Source: Candidatus Zhuqueibacterota bacterium
GTDB taxonomy: Bacteria; Zhuqueibacterota; Zhuqueibacteria; Thermofontimicrobiales; Thermofontimicrobiaceae
Direction of reading: 5' to 3'
NCBI GenBank assembly: GCA_049322915.1
Contig: JBMOPW010000014.1
Coordinates: 733,527-797,526, forward strand
DNA length: 64,000 bases
Part shown: one piece after another, positions 29,743-37,776 of the stretch
Layout of the letters: each line of letters begins with the position of its first letter
Position numbering within the stretch: the stretch's first letter is position 1
The notes under the pieces: model-generated
The model's database searches: none
Seen by the model: the letters and a program-made list of their open reading frames with translations, nothing else
What the model was told of the DNA's origin: nothing
Made by a program: the position numbers and the translations under genes

Positions 29743-32700
29743 ATGAATGTTGATTTCAAAACGTACAGCGTATCTTTCTCGTTCATTCTCCTCGTCTTCG
29801 TGGAGTGTGTTTTTGCTCAGCCATCCATGTTTCCCAATCCTGATTTCGGGCAATTCTATGTGGCGCCGCGATTGAACGTGACCATTGATGGGAATCTCCG
29901 CGAGTGGCGGCCGTTTATGCCTGTCGTGTTGAACACGCCGGAGCAGGCTTCCTACAAAAATCAGGACTGGCGGGGGCCGGCCGATTGTTCCGTCCGATTC
30001 TGGATCGCCTGGAACGCCGAGGGATTTCTCGTTGCCGCGGAAACCGTGGATGATTCGGCGTCATTCCCGTACGCCGGGCATGACGGCTGGGCCAATGATT
30101 GCATTCAATTCTGCGTGGACGTGCATGATGATAATGATCAGAATTTTTATGCCAATGATGATCACGAATTCGTCGTCACACTGAACGACAGCGTTCCGCT
30201 GGTGTACGAGCATTCCTATTCCGAATTGCAGGAATCCGGCTATCGGGACTATCCCTGTCAGATGCTGGTCCGCGGAGACACCATTCGGTACGAGGCGCTG
30301 ATTCCGTGGTCCGGTCTGGGGCTCCTCGGGTCATTCGCCGGGATGCATGTGGGCGCGTCGGTTGTGGCGTTCGACAATGACGGGGCGAATTTTCGCGGCT
30401 GGCTGGAATGGACCGCTGGCATCGCCGAGAAAAAATTTACCCTGCCGTTTGCCAATGTGCTCTTCTTCGATGAAAACGCCAACATCGTTCAGGCTATTCC
30501 GGCGCAGTCCTTTTTATCGGAAAATGATTCGCTCGTCCTGTGGACGTATTCGCGCTATTATCGCAGGAGCATTTCCTACCGTTTGTTCGAAGCTGACGAG
30601 ACACTGTTCCGCAACAAGGTCACGATGCGGGCCAAAAAATGGACGCGACTGCCCATTGCTCCCAAATATCTCAAGTCGGGGAAATTGAAACTGGAAATCA
30701 CCTCCGCCAAAATTTCTCATCAGTTCGATATTGCCGTCTGGTCCAAAGACCGCATTGCTGAACAGATCAGTTATCTGGTGCAGCAGGCGAGCGTGCTGAA
30801 AAATTTGAAAGGGATCGACTCATCGGTCAATGACCTGATGAAATATTGGGCCGATTGGCTTCAGCAGAAATTCGCCCATGCCGGGACGGATTTTGAATTT
30901 TTCGATGTGATGAATCAGGCTCAAAAACGCATCGACCAGATCCCGAATTTTTTCATGAATCAGCAGGTGTTTTACCACCGCGAATTTCGCATCGTCGAGC
31001 AGATGTACGAATCCGGAAACGAAGCGGCCATGCGTCGCTATCTGCTGCATCTGCCAACCGTGTTCAATCCGAAGGAGAAGTACCCGGCGTTTGTGTTTCT
31101 TCACGACGTGCAGGATGATGAAGAAGAAAGCGCCCGAAAAATCGGGGAGATTCTGACGGAAATGGATTTGAACATGATCGGCATCTTCCCCAAGGGCTAT
31201 CCTCATTTTGTCCTGTCCCCTGTTTTACTGGAAGAAATCACGCTCTGCATTCGGGATGCAGTGAAGAAATACCCGATCAATCAGGAAAAAATATACATTG
31301 CCGGGGAAGGAATCGGGGGCGCGGCCGCCCTTCTTCTGGCGCAGCGCGCGCCGGATAAATTCGCCGCTGTGACGCTGGTCGAGTGCAATATGGATACGGC
31401 GGCGATCACAAGAAATGCAATCCTCACGCCGATCCGGATTGTTGGCGACCCACAACACCAGGCGCAGTGCCAGGGTCTGGCGGACAAAATCAAGCGCCAT
31501 CGCGGCAGCGCGACGATTGACATGCTGCCGGATTTGGATATTCGGAACGCGCGCGAAGTGTTCTCCCCGTCCTATTTCCGATGGCTGCTCGCTCAACGAA
31601 AAAGTACACGGCCGAGAAAAATTGACATCGAAATTGACCAATTGCAGCCGTCCAATGTGGCCTGGCTGGACGTCATTGCCCAGCGCAGCTACCGCGAGCT
31701 GGCCTCTGTAGACGCTGTGGTGGATTCCGGCCGAATCATCGTTGCCACCCACAATATTAGATCGTTCTCAATCCAGGCCGATCCGTTGCCCTTGATAGCG
31801 CGTTTCCCTTTGCACGTACTGATTGATGGCTCGGCGCCGATTCTGATTCAAGAGAAAGCGCCAGTCCTGAGCTTTTTGCAGTCGGGAAAAAACTGGGAAT
31901 TGACGCACGACGCTGTCCATGCCCACCAGAAATCTCCCCAGCGCATTGGGCCGATGTCCAAAATTTTCACCGGGCCGATCAAATTTGTCTACAGCACGGC
32001 GCACGATTCGGACGATTACAATCGGCTGACGCATAAAATCGCCCGGGAAGCCGGTCGGCGCGGGCCGAATGCGTTCCTGGAGAAAATGGTGGTGGCTGAT
32101 TCCGCGCAGGCGAACGCGCCGATCAATTCGCATCTATTCATCGTGGGAAATGTGAGCGGCAATGCCTTGTTGAAAAAAATCGCTGATGCGCTGCCTATGG
32201 TCGACTCGGACCAGGGGCTCCGTTTCGGCGATTCCTATTTCTTTGGAGAGGATAAAGCCGCGTTCTTCATTTATCCCAATCCATTGAATAGCAATTATCT
32301 GATGATGGTTTGTCTGGCGCCGGCGCTGTCCGGCCTCAAAAACATCGAGCGCGTTTTCGACCTGAGTTACTACAATCAAATCTATCGCTACGATTACGTG
32401 ATCATCGGGGACAGCGCGTCGCCGACGGATCGGCAGCACTGGCTGGACTTTGGGCACTTCGATGAAGGCTGGGGCACGAACTGGTTTCAGCCGCGGCTGC
32501 GCAAAGGCCCGAAAAACTGGCTGGTGAATATGCTGGTGGGAATGGATGCGAACCAACTGTCCATCAACAGCAACTGGAGCGGCGGAGGCAAAGGCAGTTT
32601 CACCTGGAAAATCTATTCCAGAATGGAATTCGAGAATAAAAAGAAGATCTATAATTGGAAGAATATGCTGTACTGCGCCTATGGACAAATTTCAGTCCAG

Positions 32701-33339
32701 GAAAAAGAGCAATGGACCATCCCTGAAAAATCCAATGATGTGATTGATTTCGATTCGGAATTGAAATTCACACTGGAGCGATTCATCGATCCGTACGTCG
32801 CTTTTGCCTTTGATACGCAATTCAGCGCCGGCTACAATCCAAAGACCAGAGAGCTGGTATCGCGCTTCCTCAATCCCGTGAAGCTGTCGCAGAGCGCCGG
32901 GATCGCCAAGAGCATCAGCAAAAACAAGAAATTCCAGTTGACCACCCGATTGGGGTATGGCGCCAAGGAAGTGGTGGCTGGAGAAGTGGCGCTGCGCAAG
33001 CTATGGACCGGGGATGAGACCAAGTGGATGAAAATCGACGGCGGCGTGGAATGGCTCACTGAGTTCAAATCTGAATTCAATGCCAATATCACATTGACCA
33101 ATAAACTGAAGCTGTTCCAGGCGGTGTTTTCGTCCATCAGCGAAGACAAGGATCCGGATCGAAACTGGCAGCAGTTGGATTTGTATTGGGAGCAGATGTT
33201 CACCGCGCGGTTGACTCAGTACGTGCTGTTCAATGTGGTTGTGAAACTGATGTACGACCGCGATACGTCCAAAGGGGGACAATTTTTGGAAAACGCGTCG
33301 CTCGGAGTGAGTTATAAATTCAAGGGGATAGCGCTGTAG
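29743..33339 (+). CDS. secreted multidomain protein: CBM9-like + alpha/beta-hydrolase-like + DUF3078-like C-terminus
   Basis: Signal peptide; IDGNLREW...DCIQF..D...YEALIPW; YPAFVFLH...IYIAGEGIGG; NWSGGG...KSNDVIDF C-terminal domain. Confidence 0.7.
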   Translation: MNVDFKTYSVSFSFILLVFVECVFAQPSMFPNPDFGQFYVAPRLNVTIDGNLREWRPFMPVVLNTPEQASYKNQDWRGPADCSVRFWIAWNAEGFLVAAETVDDSASFPYAGHDGWANDCIQFCVDVHDDNDQNFYANDDHEFVVTLNDSVPLVYEHSYSELQESGYRDYPCQMLVRGDTIRYEALIPWSGLGLLGSFAGMHVGASVVAFDNDGANFRGWLEWTAGIAEKKFTLPFANVLFFDENANIVQAIPAQSFLSENDSLVLWTYSRYYRRSISYRLFEADETLFRNKVTMRAKKWTRLPIAPKYLKSGKLKLEITSAKISHQFDIAVWSKDRIAEQISYLVQQASVLKNLKGIDSSVNDLMKYWADWLQQKFAHAGTDFEFFDVMNQAQKRIDQIPNFFMNQQVFYHREFRIVEQMYESGNEAAMRRYLLHLPTVFNPKEKYPAFVFLHDVQDDEEESARKIGEILTEMDLNMIGIFPKGYPHFVLSPVLLEEITLCIRDAVKKYPINQEKIYIAGEGIGGAAALLLAQRAPDKFAAVTLVECNMDTAAITRNAILTPIRIVGDPQHQAQCQGLADKIKRHRGSATIDMLPDLDIRNAREVFSPSYFRWLLAQRKSTRPRKIDIEIDQLQPSNVAWLDVIAQRSYRELASVDAVVDSGRIIVATHNIRSFSIQADPLPLIARFPLHVLIDGSAPILIQEKAPVLSFLQSGKNWELTHDAVHAHQKSPQRIGPMSKIFTGPIKFVYSTAHDSDDYNRLTHKIAREAGRRGPNAFLEKMVVADSAQANAPINSHLFIVGNVSGNALLKKIADALPMVDSDQGLRFGDSYFFGEDKAAFFIYPNPLNSNYLMMVCLAPALSGLKNIERVFDLSYYNQIYRYDYVIIGDSASPTDRQHWLDFGHFDEGWGTNWFQPRLRKGPKNWLVNMLVGMDANQLSINSNWSGGGKGSFTWKIYSRMEFENKKKIYNWKNMLYCAYGQISVQEKEQWTIPEKSNDVIDFDSELKFTLERFIDPYVAFAFDTQFSAGYNPKTRELVSRFLNPVKLSQSAGIAKSISKNKKFQLTTRLGYGAKEVVAGEVALRKLWTGDETKWMKIDGGVEWLTEFKSEFNANITLTNKLKLFQAVFSSISEDKDPDRNWQQLDLYWEQMFTARLTQYVLFNVVVKLMYDRDTSKGGQFLENASLGVSYKFKGIAL

Positions 33340-33455
33340 GTTTAGTCAGATATTGTTGATAAGTAATTTTTGTACAAAATAAGCCGAAGCACCATCAAAA
33401 AAGTCCAAATTGATTTTTAGGTAATGAAAATTCAGGTTGATTTTATACTCTCTAT

Positions 33456-33609
33456 CCTGAATTATTCATGAACTTGCTCAGAATTTGAGTCCACTTTTCA
33501 ATTAGCTAAAGGCTAAGCTATTTTGAAACTCAGTTTTTATACGTTCATTCTAAAAAGAGCACCATTCAGGTTAGCCAGCCTCCTTTAAAAATAATATGAA
33601 TAATGCAGG
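33456..33609. mobile_element. 154-bp MITE with IS1380-like ends
   Basis: TIR CCTGAATTATTCAT / ATGAATAATGCAGG (13/14); 4-bp flanking duplication CTAT. Confidence 0.65.
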
Positions 33610-33664
33610 CTATAAGGTATATTATTAAGGCATGATAGAAAATTACTTTTTTGAATAAAGATAT

Positions 33665-33790
33665 GAATGACCGGTTAAAATTTTGGAGCCTCTATTATTA
33701 TTGGACATACGCGTAGTGGACGGTCGAGACCGTCCACCACAGACACAAAAAAGTATCGAATTTATTGCACATGCGTTCAACTGGTCAATC
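33665..33790. repeat. ~126-bp element with GTAG-type REP palindrome, copy 1
   Basis: GTAGTGGACGGTCGAGACCGTCCAC core, GAATGACC/GGTCAATC ends; inverted copy at 41571-41697. Confidence 0.8.
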
Positions 33791-33818
33791 ATATTAATAG
33801 TCAACACAAGGAAAGTGG

Positions 33819-34078
33819 ATGTTTCCTGACTGGTGGAATTGGGAATTAGAACTAACTTCGCATTTGGAAAAATGGATGGTTGATCGCGGATTCAATGAGA
33901 TTGATCTGCGCATGATGTTTGAAAATTCAATTGATTGCATCAGGGATAATGTAAAAGGCGTTGGTTGGTCAAAACAAAACATAAAGAGAAAAACTGGGCA
34001 ATGATTTTGGAACCGGATGTCGAAGAAAAAGTAATCGTCGTTATAACTGCATATCCAGTTTATGGAGAGATAAAATGA
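33819..34078 (+). pseudogene. DUF4258-like putative toxin, frameshifted near 33958
   Basis: WWNWELELTSHLEK..VDR in one frame; RWLVKTKHKEKNWAMILEPDVEEKVIVVITAYPV in the -1 frame, ending in ATGA overlap with next gene. Confidence 0.75.
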
Positions 34079-34344
34079 TGGACAAATATTTGGAAATAAC
34101 ATACAGAAAAGGAAAAATGTTAGCAGCTTATTTATATCTGCCAAGAGAAATCGGTGAGAAAAGTATTAGGACAGAGAAGTTTTCTGATGGTATTCTGATA
34201 GATTATGGAAAGGAAAATCATCCAATAGGCGTCGAGATTGTCGATCCAAAGATGATTGATTTTGATATAATTAATCGTGTCATTTCAAAGCTTAGAGATT
34301 ATTCTGTTCAAGAAATAGATTTTGCCCCTCTTTTGCCAGTATAA
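34075..34344 (+). CDS. DUF2283 family protein (putative antitoxin)
   Basis: AAYLYL...GILIDY....PIGVEI motif. Confidence 0.8.
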   Translation: MMDKYLEITYRKGKMLAAYLYLPREIGEKSIRTEKFSDGILIDYGKENHPIGVEIVDPKMIDFDIINRVISKLRDYSVQEIDFAPLLPV

Positions 34345-34366
34345 AGTATAAATCCAGTACGACACA

Positions 34367-34471
34367 TCAATTGAATAAAAATCTGAGATTGATGCGTACG
34401 CGAAATTCCCGCATAGCTGTATGAAAATCTCCTTCAGCTTTTTTTATCCATTCATGAACTAACTCGTTCAT
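34367..34471 (-). pseudogene. truncated HEPN-domain toxin (34 aa remnant)
   Basis: MNELVHEWIKKAEGDFHTAMREFRVR then early stop; overlaps the MNT gene end. Confidence 0.7.
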
Positions 34472-34823
34472 TCAAAACCTTGCCGTTTTTTATAATATTA
34501 TTTATAAAAAAATCACCTGATTTTAGGCGTCTTTTTATCTCCGCCGGAGTTCTAACAATAATGTCGAGAGGATAATTGTGAGTCATTGCAAGGGAAATTT
34601 CAACACTGGTTTGAAATGTAGAATGTTTTGGCGTTAAAATAACCAATAAATCGAGGTCACTTTCTTCGGTTGGTTTGCCCTCCGCATAGGAGCCAAATAA
34701 GATGATTTTATCCGGATTAAACTTGCTGACAATCGTTTGAACTTTATCCATGAGATCATCCATAGTAGCGATCTTTTTCGGGAGTGATTTTATTCCGTTG
34801 AGCATAATAATGTCCTCAAACAT
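34452..34823 (-). CDS. minimal nucleotidyltransferase (MNT) antitoxin
   Basis: PDKIILFGSYAEG...SDLDLLVI motif; exact start uncertain. Confidence 0.88.
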   Translation of the reverse strand: MFEDIIMLNGIKSLPKKIATMDDLMDKVQTIVSKFNPDKIILFGSYAEGKPTEESDLDLLVILTPKHSTFQTSVEISLAMTHNYPLDIIVRTPAEIKRRLKSGDFFINNIIKNGKVLNERVSS

Positions 34824-35105
34824 AATCGGATAATATTGATGTGTAGAATCCAGGTAAAAATAATATAAATTTTTAATGAATAAATTTCAAGCGAATTCTA
34901 TCCTAATTTGAGCGATTCGCTGTCAGCTTTCAGTCATCAGCTTTAAAAAATTCAAACAGATGAGCTTGGCACACTTTATTATCTTATAGGTGATTTCAGT
35001 GCTTGTATATAACGCAATGCTATTTCTTTAGCTCAGTGCTGATCACTGCAGGCAGAACGCATATTTTACAGCTGTAGTACAATTAGTGAAAACTTAACTT
35101 AATTT

Positions 35106-35310
35106 GGTAATTACTCAGCTCACGTATTTCGGAAGCTGCTGGTTATCTGGCGGGTTGATTTTTGAACACCACGATAAATCGTGGTGTTGGTACAATTTTG
35201 AACCAGCGCCATGCTTCAGCATGGTGATAGTAGATGCGCGCTAGAGAATTCAGCCGCTTCAGCGGCTTCCATTACATTTCAAAATAGTGAACACCTGAGT
35301 AGTAGTTACC
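35106..35310. mobile_element. MITE-like element with GTAA..TCAG / CTGA..TTAC ends, copy 1
   Basis: First ~115 bp match 61521-61640; internal hairpin CACCACGATAAATCGTGGTG. Confidence 0.7.
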
Positions 35311-35320
35311 TTTTTTGCTT

Positions 35321-36070
35321 TCAACTCAGTTCCCCCATCAATTCCATGAACAACGCGGCTGCCGCGATGCCGGCAGTTTCTGACCGTAACCGGCGTGGCC
35401 CCAGCGTGAAGTTGTAGAATCCATTGGAGCGGGCTAATTTCACTTCATCCTGAGAAAAGCCGCCCTCCGGGCCAATCGCGATCAGCGCTGATTTGAGATG
35501 ATGCGACTTTCCTTTCAACTCGGCAATGAGTGCGGACAGGCCTGGAGCGCCGTGCGCCGGATGAGCAAAGAGGCCGAGCGTGAGTACGCTCTTTTGGGTT
35601 ATAACGTCCTGGATGGGCTGCGGTTTTTGAATCGCGGGCAAAACAGACCGGCCGCACTGCTTCATGGCGGCGATGGCGATATTCTGCCATCGGGTCCCCT
35701 TTGTCTCCGACTCTTTGATCAGGGAAAATTCGCAGAGGGTCGGAATGAATGAGGAGACGCCGAGTTCCGTCCCCTTCTCAATGACCAGTTCGAATCTGGC
35801 GTTTCTGGGAATGGCCTGGGCCAGCGTCAATTTAATATTCGGCTCGCCGGCAAATCGGACGCGTTTCTGAATTTCGGCCTGAGCGAAGTTCGTCTCCATG
35901 CGCGTCAATACTGCCGTATACAAATTCCCCACGCCATCGACGATTTCGACAACATCCCTCACGTTCTTCCGCAGCACCCGGGCGAGGTGTTTGAATTCAC
36001 TGCCTTTTATTTCCACGAGTGGCGGTGAGATGAAGCCCGGTTCCACATAAAAGTACTCGCGATGAGACAT
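35321..36070 (-). CDS. rsmE: 16S rRNA m3U1498 methyltransferase
   Basis: HLARVLR, EKGTELGV, AMKQCGR, IGPEGGF, LGPRRLRSETA. Confidence 0.95.
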   Translation of the reverse strand: MSHREYFYVEPGFISPPLVEIKGSEFKHLARVLRKNVRDVVEIVDGVGNLYTAVLTRMETNFAQAEIQKRVRFAGEPNIKLTLAQAIPRNARFELVIEKGTELGVSSFIPTLCEFSLIKESETKGTRWQNIAIAAMKQCGRSVLPAIQKPQPIQDVITQKSVLTLGLFAHPAHGAPGLSALIAELKGKSHHLKSALIAIGPEGGFSQDEVKLARSNGFYNFTLGPRRLRSETAGIAAAALFMELMGELS

Positions 36071-36125
36071 TTATTTTTTCCTGAATAATTGAAATAAATA
36101 TGTTGCTGAGAGGAAGTGGAATGTT

Positions 36126-36292
36126 AAAATACAAAATTCAAAGAAACAAATAACAAATAAATCACAATATCAACATCCAAAAAATCAAACGTATGCATGG
36201 CTGTATATTTTACTATTTAACGTCCGTATTTCAAAATTGAGTTTTTGAATTTAGTTTTTATTTGGCATTTGAATTTTGTTTATTGGAATTTT
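36126..36292. repeat. inverted A-rich/T-rich heptamer tracts with no gene between
   Basis: AAATACAAAATTCAAAGAAACAAATAACAAA... facing ...TTTGGCATTTGAATTTTGTTTATTGGAATTT. Confidence 0.65.
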
Positions 36293-36326
36293 TTACCCAC
36301 ATGCACAAAACTTAATCCATAAAAAA

Positions 36327-37655
36327 TTAAAACGCCATCACCACCTCAGCGATTGCCTGCGGCGTCCACTTCGTATCGAAGGCGCATTCTATCCGTAACA
36401 CGTCGATGTACGGCAGGTGAAAGAACAGCCCTGCTCCAAAACCCGAGTTGAAATGCCTGTCGGACAGCGATTCGTCCTGATACCACACGGCGCCGGTATC
36501 GAAAAAGAGACCGCCGCTGACGCCGAATTTCAGATTGCTGGAGTACTGTTCAAAACCGGGCATTGGCTCGACATCGAAGTAGCGAATTTTCATGATCGGA
36601 AACCGCAGTTCCGCGCCGCCGAAGACAAGGTTTTCGCCCTCGACCACCTCATAAAAATGGCCGCGAATTCGCTCACTGTAACCGAAAAACACCCTGTCGT
36701 AGCTAGGGATTTCGCCGGATGACATATCCGCGGCGGCCCGCAAGGCCAGGGTCAGCGAGCGGCCGAGCGGCTGGTAACGACGAATATCCGCGCCGTAGCG
36801 AATATAATTGATCCAGTCATTTTCACCGACCTGCTTGCCCCAGACCAGCGCTTTCCAGCCCTGATGCGGAAATTCCTTCAGATCGCGGTTGTCGTACTGC
36901 GCGTCCAGTCGGACCGATGGCAGATAATCGATTCCGCCCGGCGATCGGGTCAGGCCGATTTCTGCCGGCGCTGAAATTTCAGCGTAGCTCAGCGTCAGCC
37001 CGATGAGCGTGAAATGGCCGAATCGCTTGCCGATGAGCCACTCGACGCCCTTTCGTTTGTCCTCGTAATCGCGGAGCGCCAGACTTTCGCTTCTCACACT
37101 TCCGCTGTAGATGGAGAAGTTGGTGAATAGTTGCAGATCGCCCAGGAACCAGGGATTGCGGTAACTCAATTTGAATTGGGGATTGTAGCCAAAAGCCGCG
37201 GTGAAATTCAACAGAATATTCCTGCCTAAAAAATTGTACCACAGCATTTTCCCGCCGTAGGTGATTTTGTCCCAGCTTCGTTCATTCAGATACAGCAGTG
37301 GGATCGGGAAAATATACCACTGCTCGAACACGGTGATCAGCAGAATTGCCCCCTCGGATTCACCGATGATATCGAATTTGACCCGCGTGAACAGCGAAAG
37401 GCTCTGCACGCGCTTAAGCCCGGCGAAAAGCTGTTCCAGGGTGACGGGAGCGAATTTTTTGAAATGCAATTCCCGAAGAATCACGTCCGGTTTGGTCACG
37501 TCGTTGCCGATGATGTCGATGCGGGTGAATGAAAATCGGCTCGTATCCGCGATGGCGGATTCATCGACTTCCACGGCGTTCACGTAAATCTGGCCGTAAC
37601 TGTCCGGCGCAGGGCAGAGCATTAAACTCAGGATGAGGAGTATTTTTTTCGTCAT
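36327..37655 (-). CDS. Omp85/BamA-TamA family protein with one POTRA domain
   Basis: IDIIGNDVTK..VILREL POTRA; IRGH, AELRFP, FFDTG, GFGAGL barrel motifs; terminal Phe. Confidence 0.85.
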   Translation of the reverse strand: MTKKILLILSLMLCPAPDSYGQIYVNAVEVDESAIADTSRFSFTRIDIIGNDVTKPDVILRELHFKKFAPVTLEQLFAGLKRVQSLSLFTRVKFDIIGESEGAILLITVFEQWYIFPIPLLYLNERSWDKITYGGKMLWYNFLGRNILLNFTAAFGYNPQFKLSYRNPWFLGDLQLFTNFSIYSGSVRSESLALRDYEDKRKGVEWLIGKRFGHFTLIGLTLSYAEISAPAEIGLTRSPGGIDYLPSVRLDAQYDNRDLKEFPHQGWKALVWGKQVGENDWINYIRYGADIRRYQPLGRSLTLALRAAADMSSGEIPSYDRVFFGYSERIRGHFYEVVEGENLVFGGAELRFPIMKIRYFDVEPMPGFEQYSSNLKFGVSGGLFFDTGAVWYQDESLSDRHFNSGFGAGLFFHLPYIDVLRIECAFDTKWTPQAIAEVVMAF

Positions 37656-37776
37656 AATGGCATAGGATGAAAAGTTACACGTCGGCTTCAGCAGCTTCAG
37701 ACATGCGTCGAGCGCCGTCCCCTGATTCAGTTCGCTGCGATTGCGGTGCTCAAAATAGTTAAAATTAATTTCAGAA

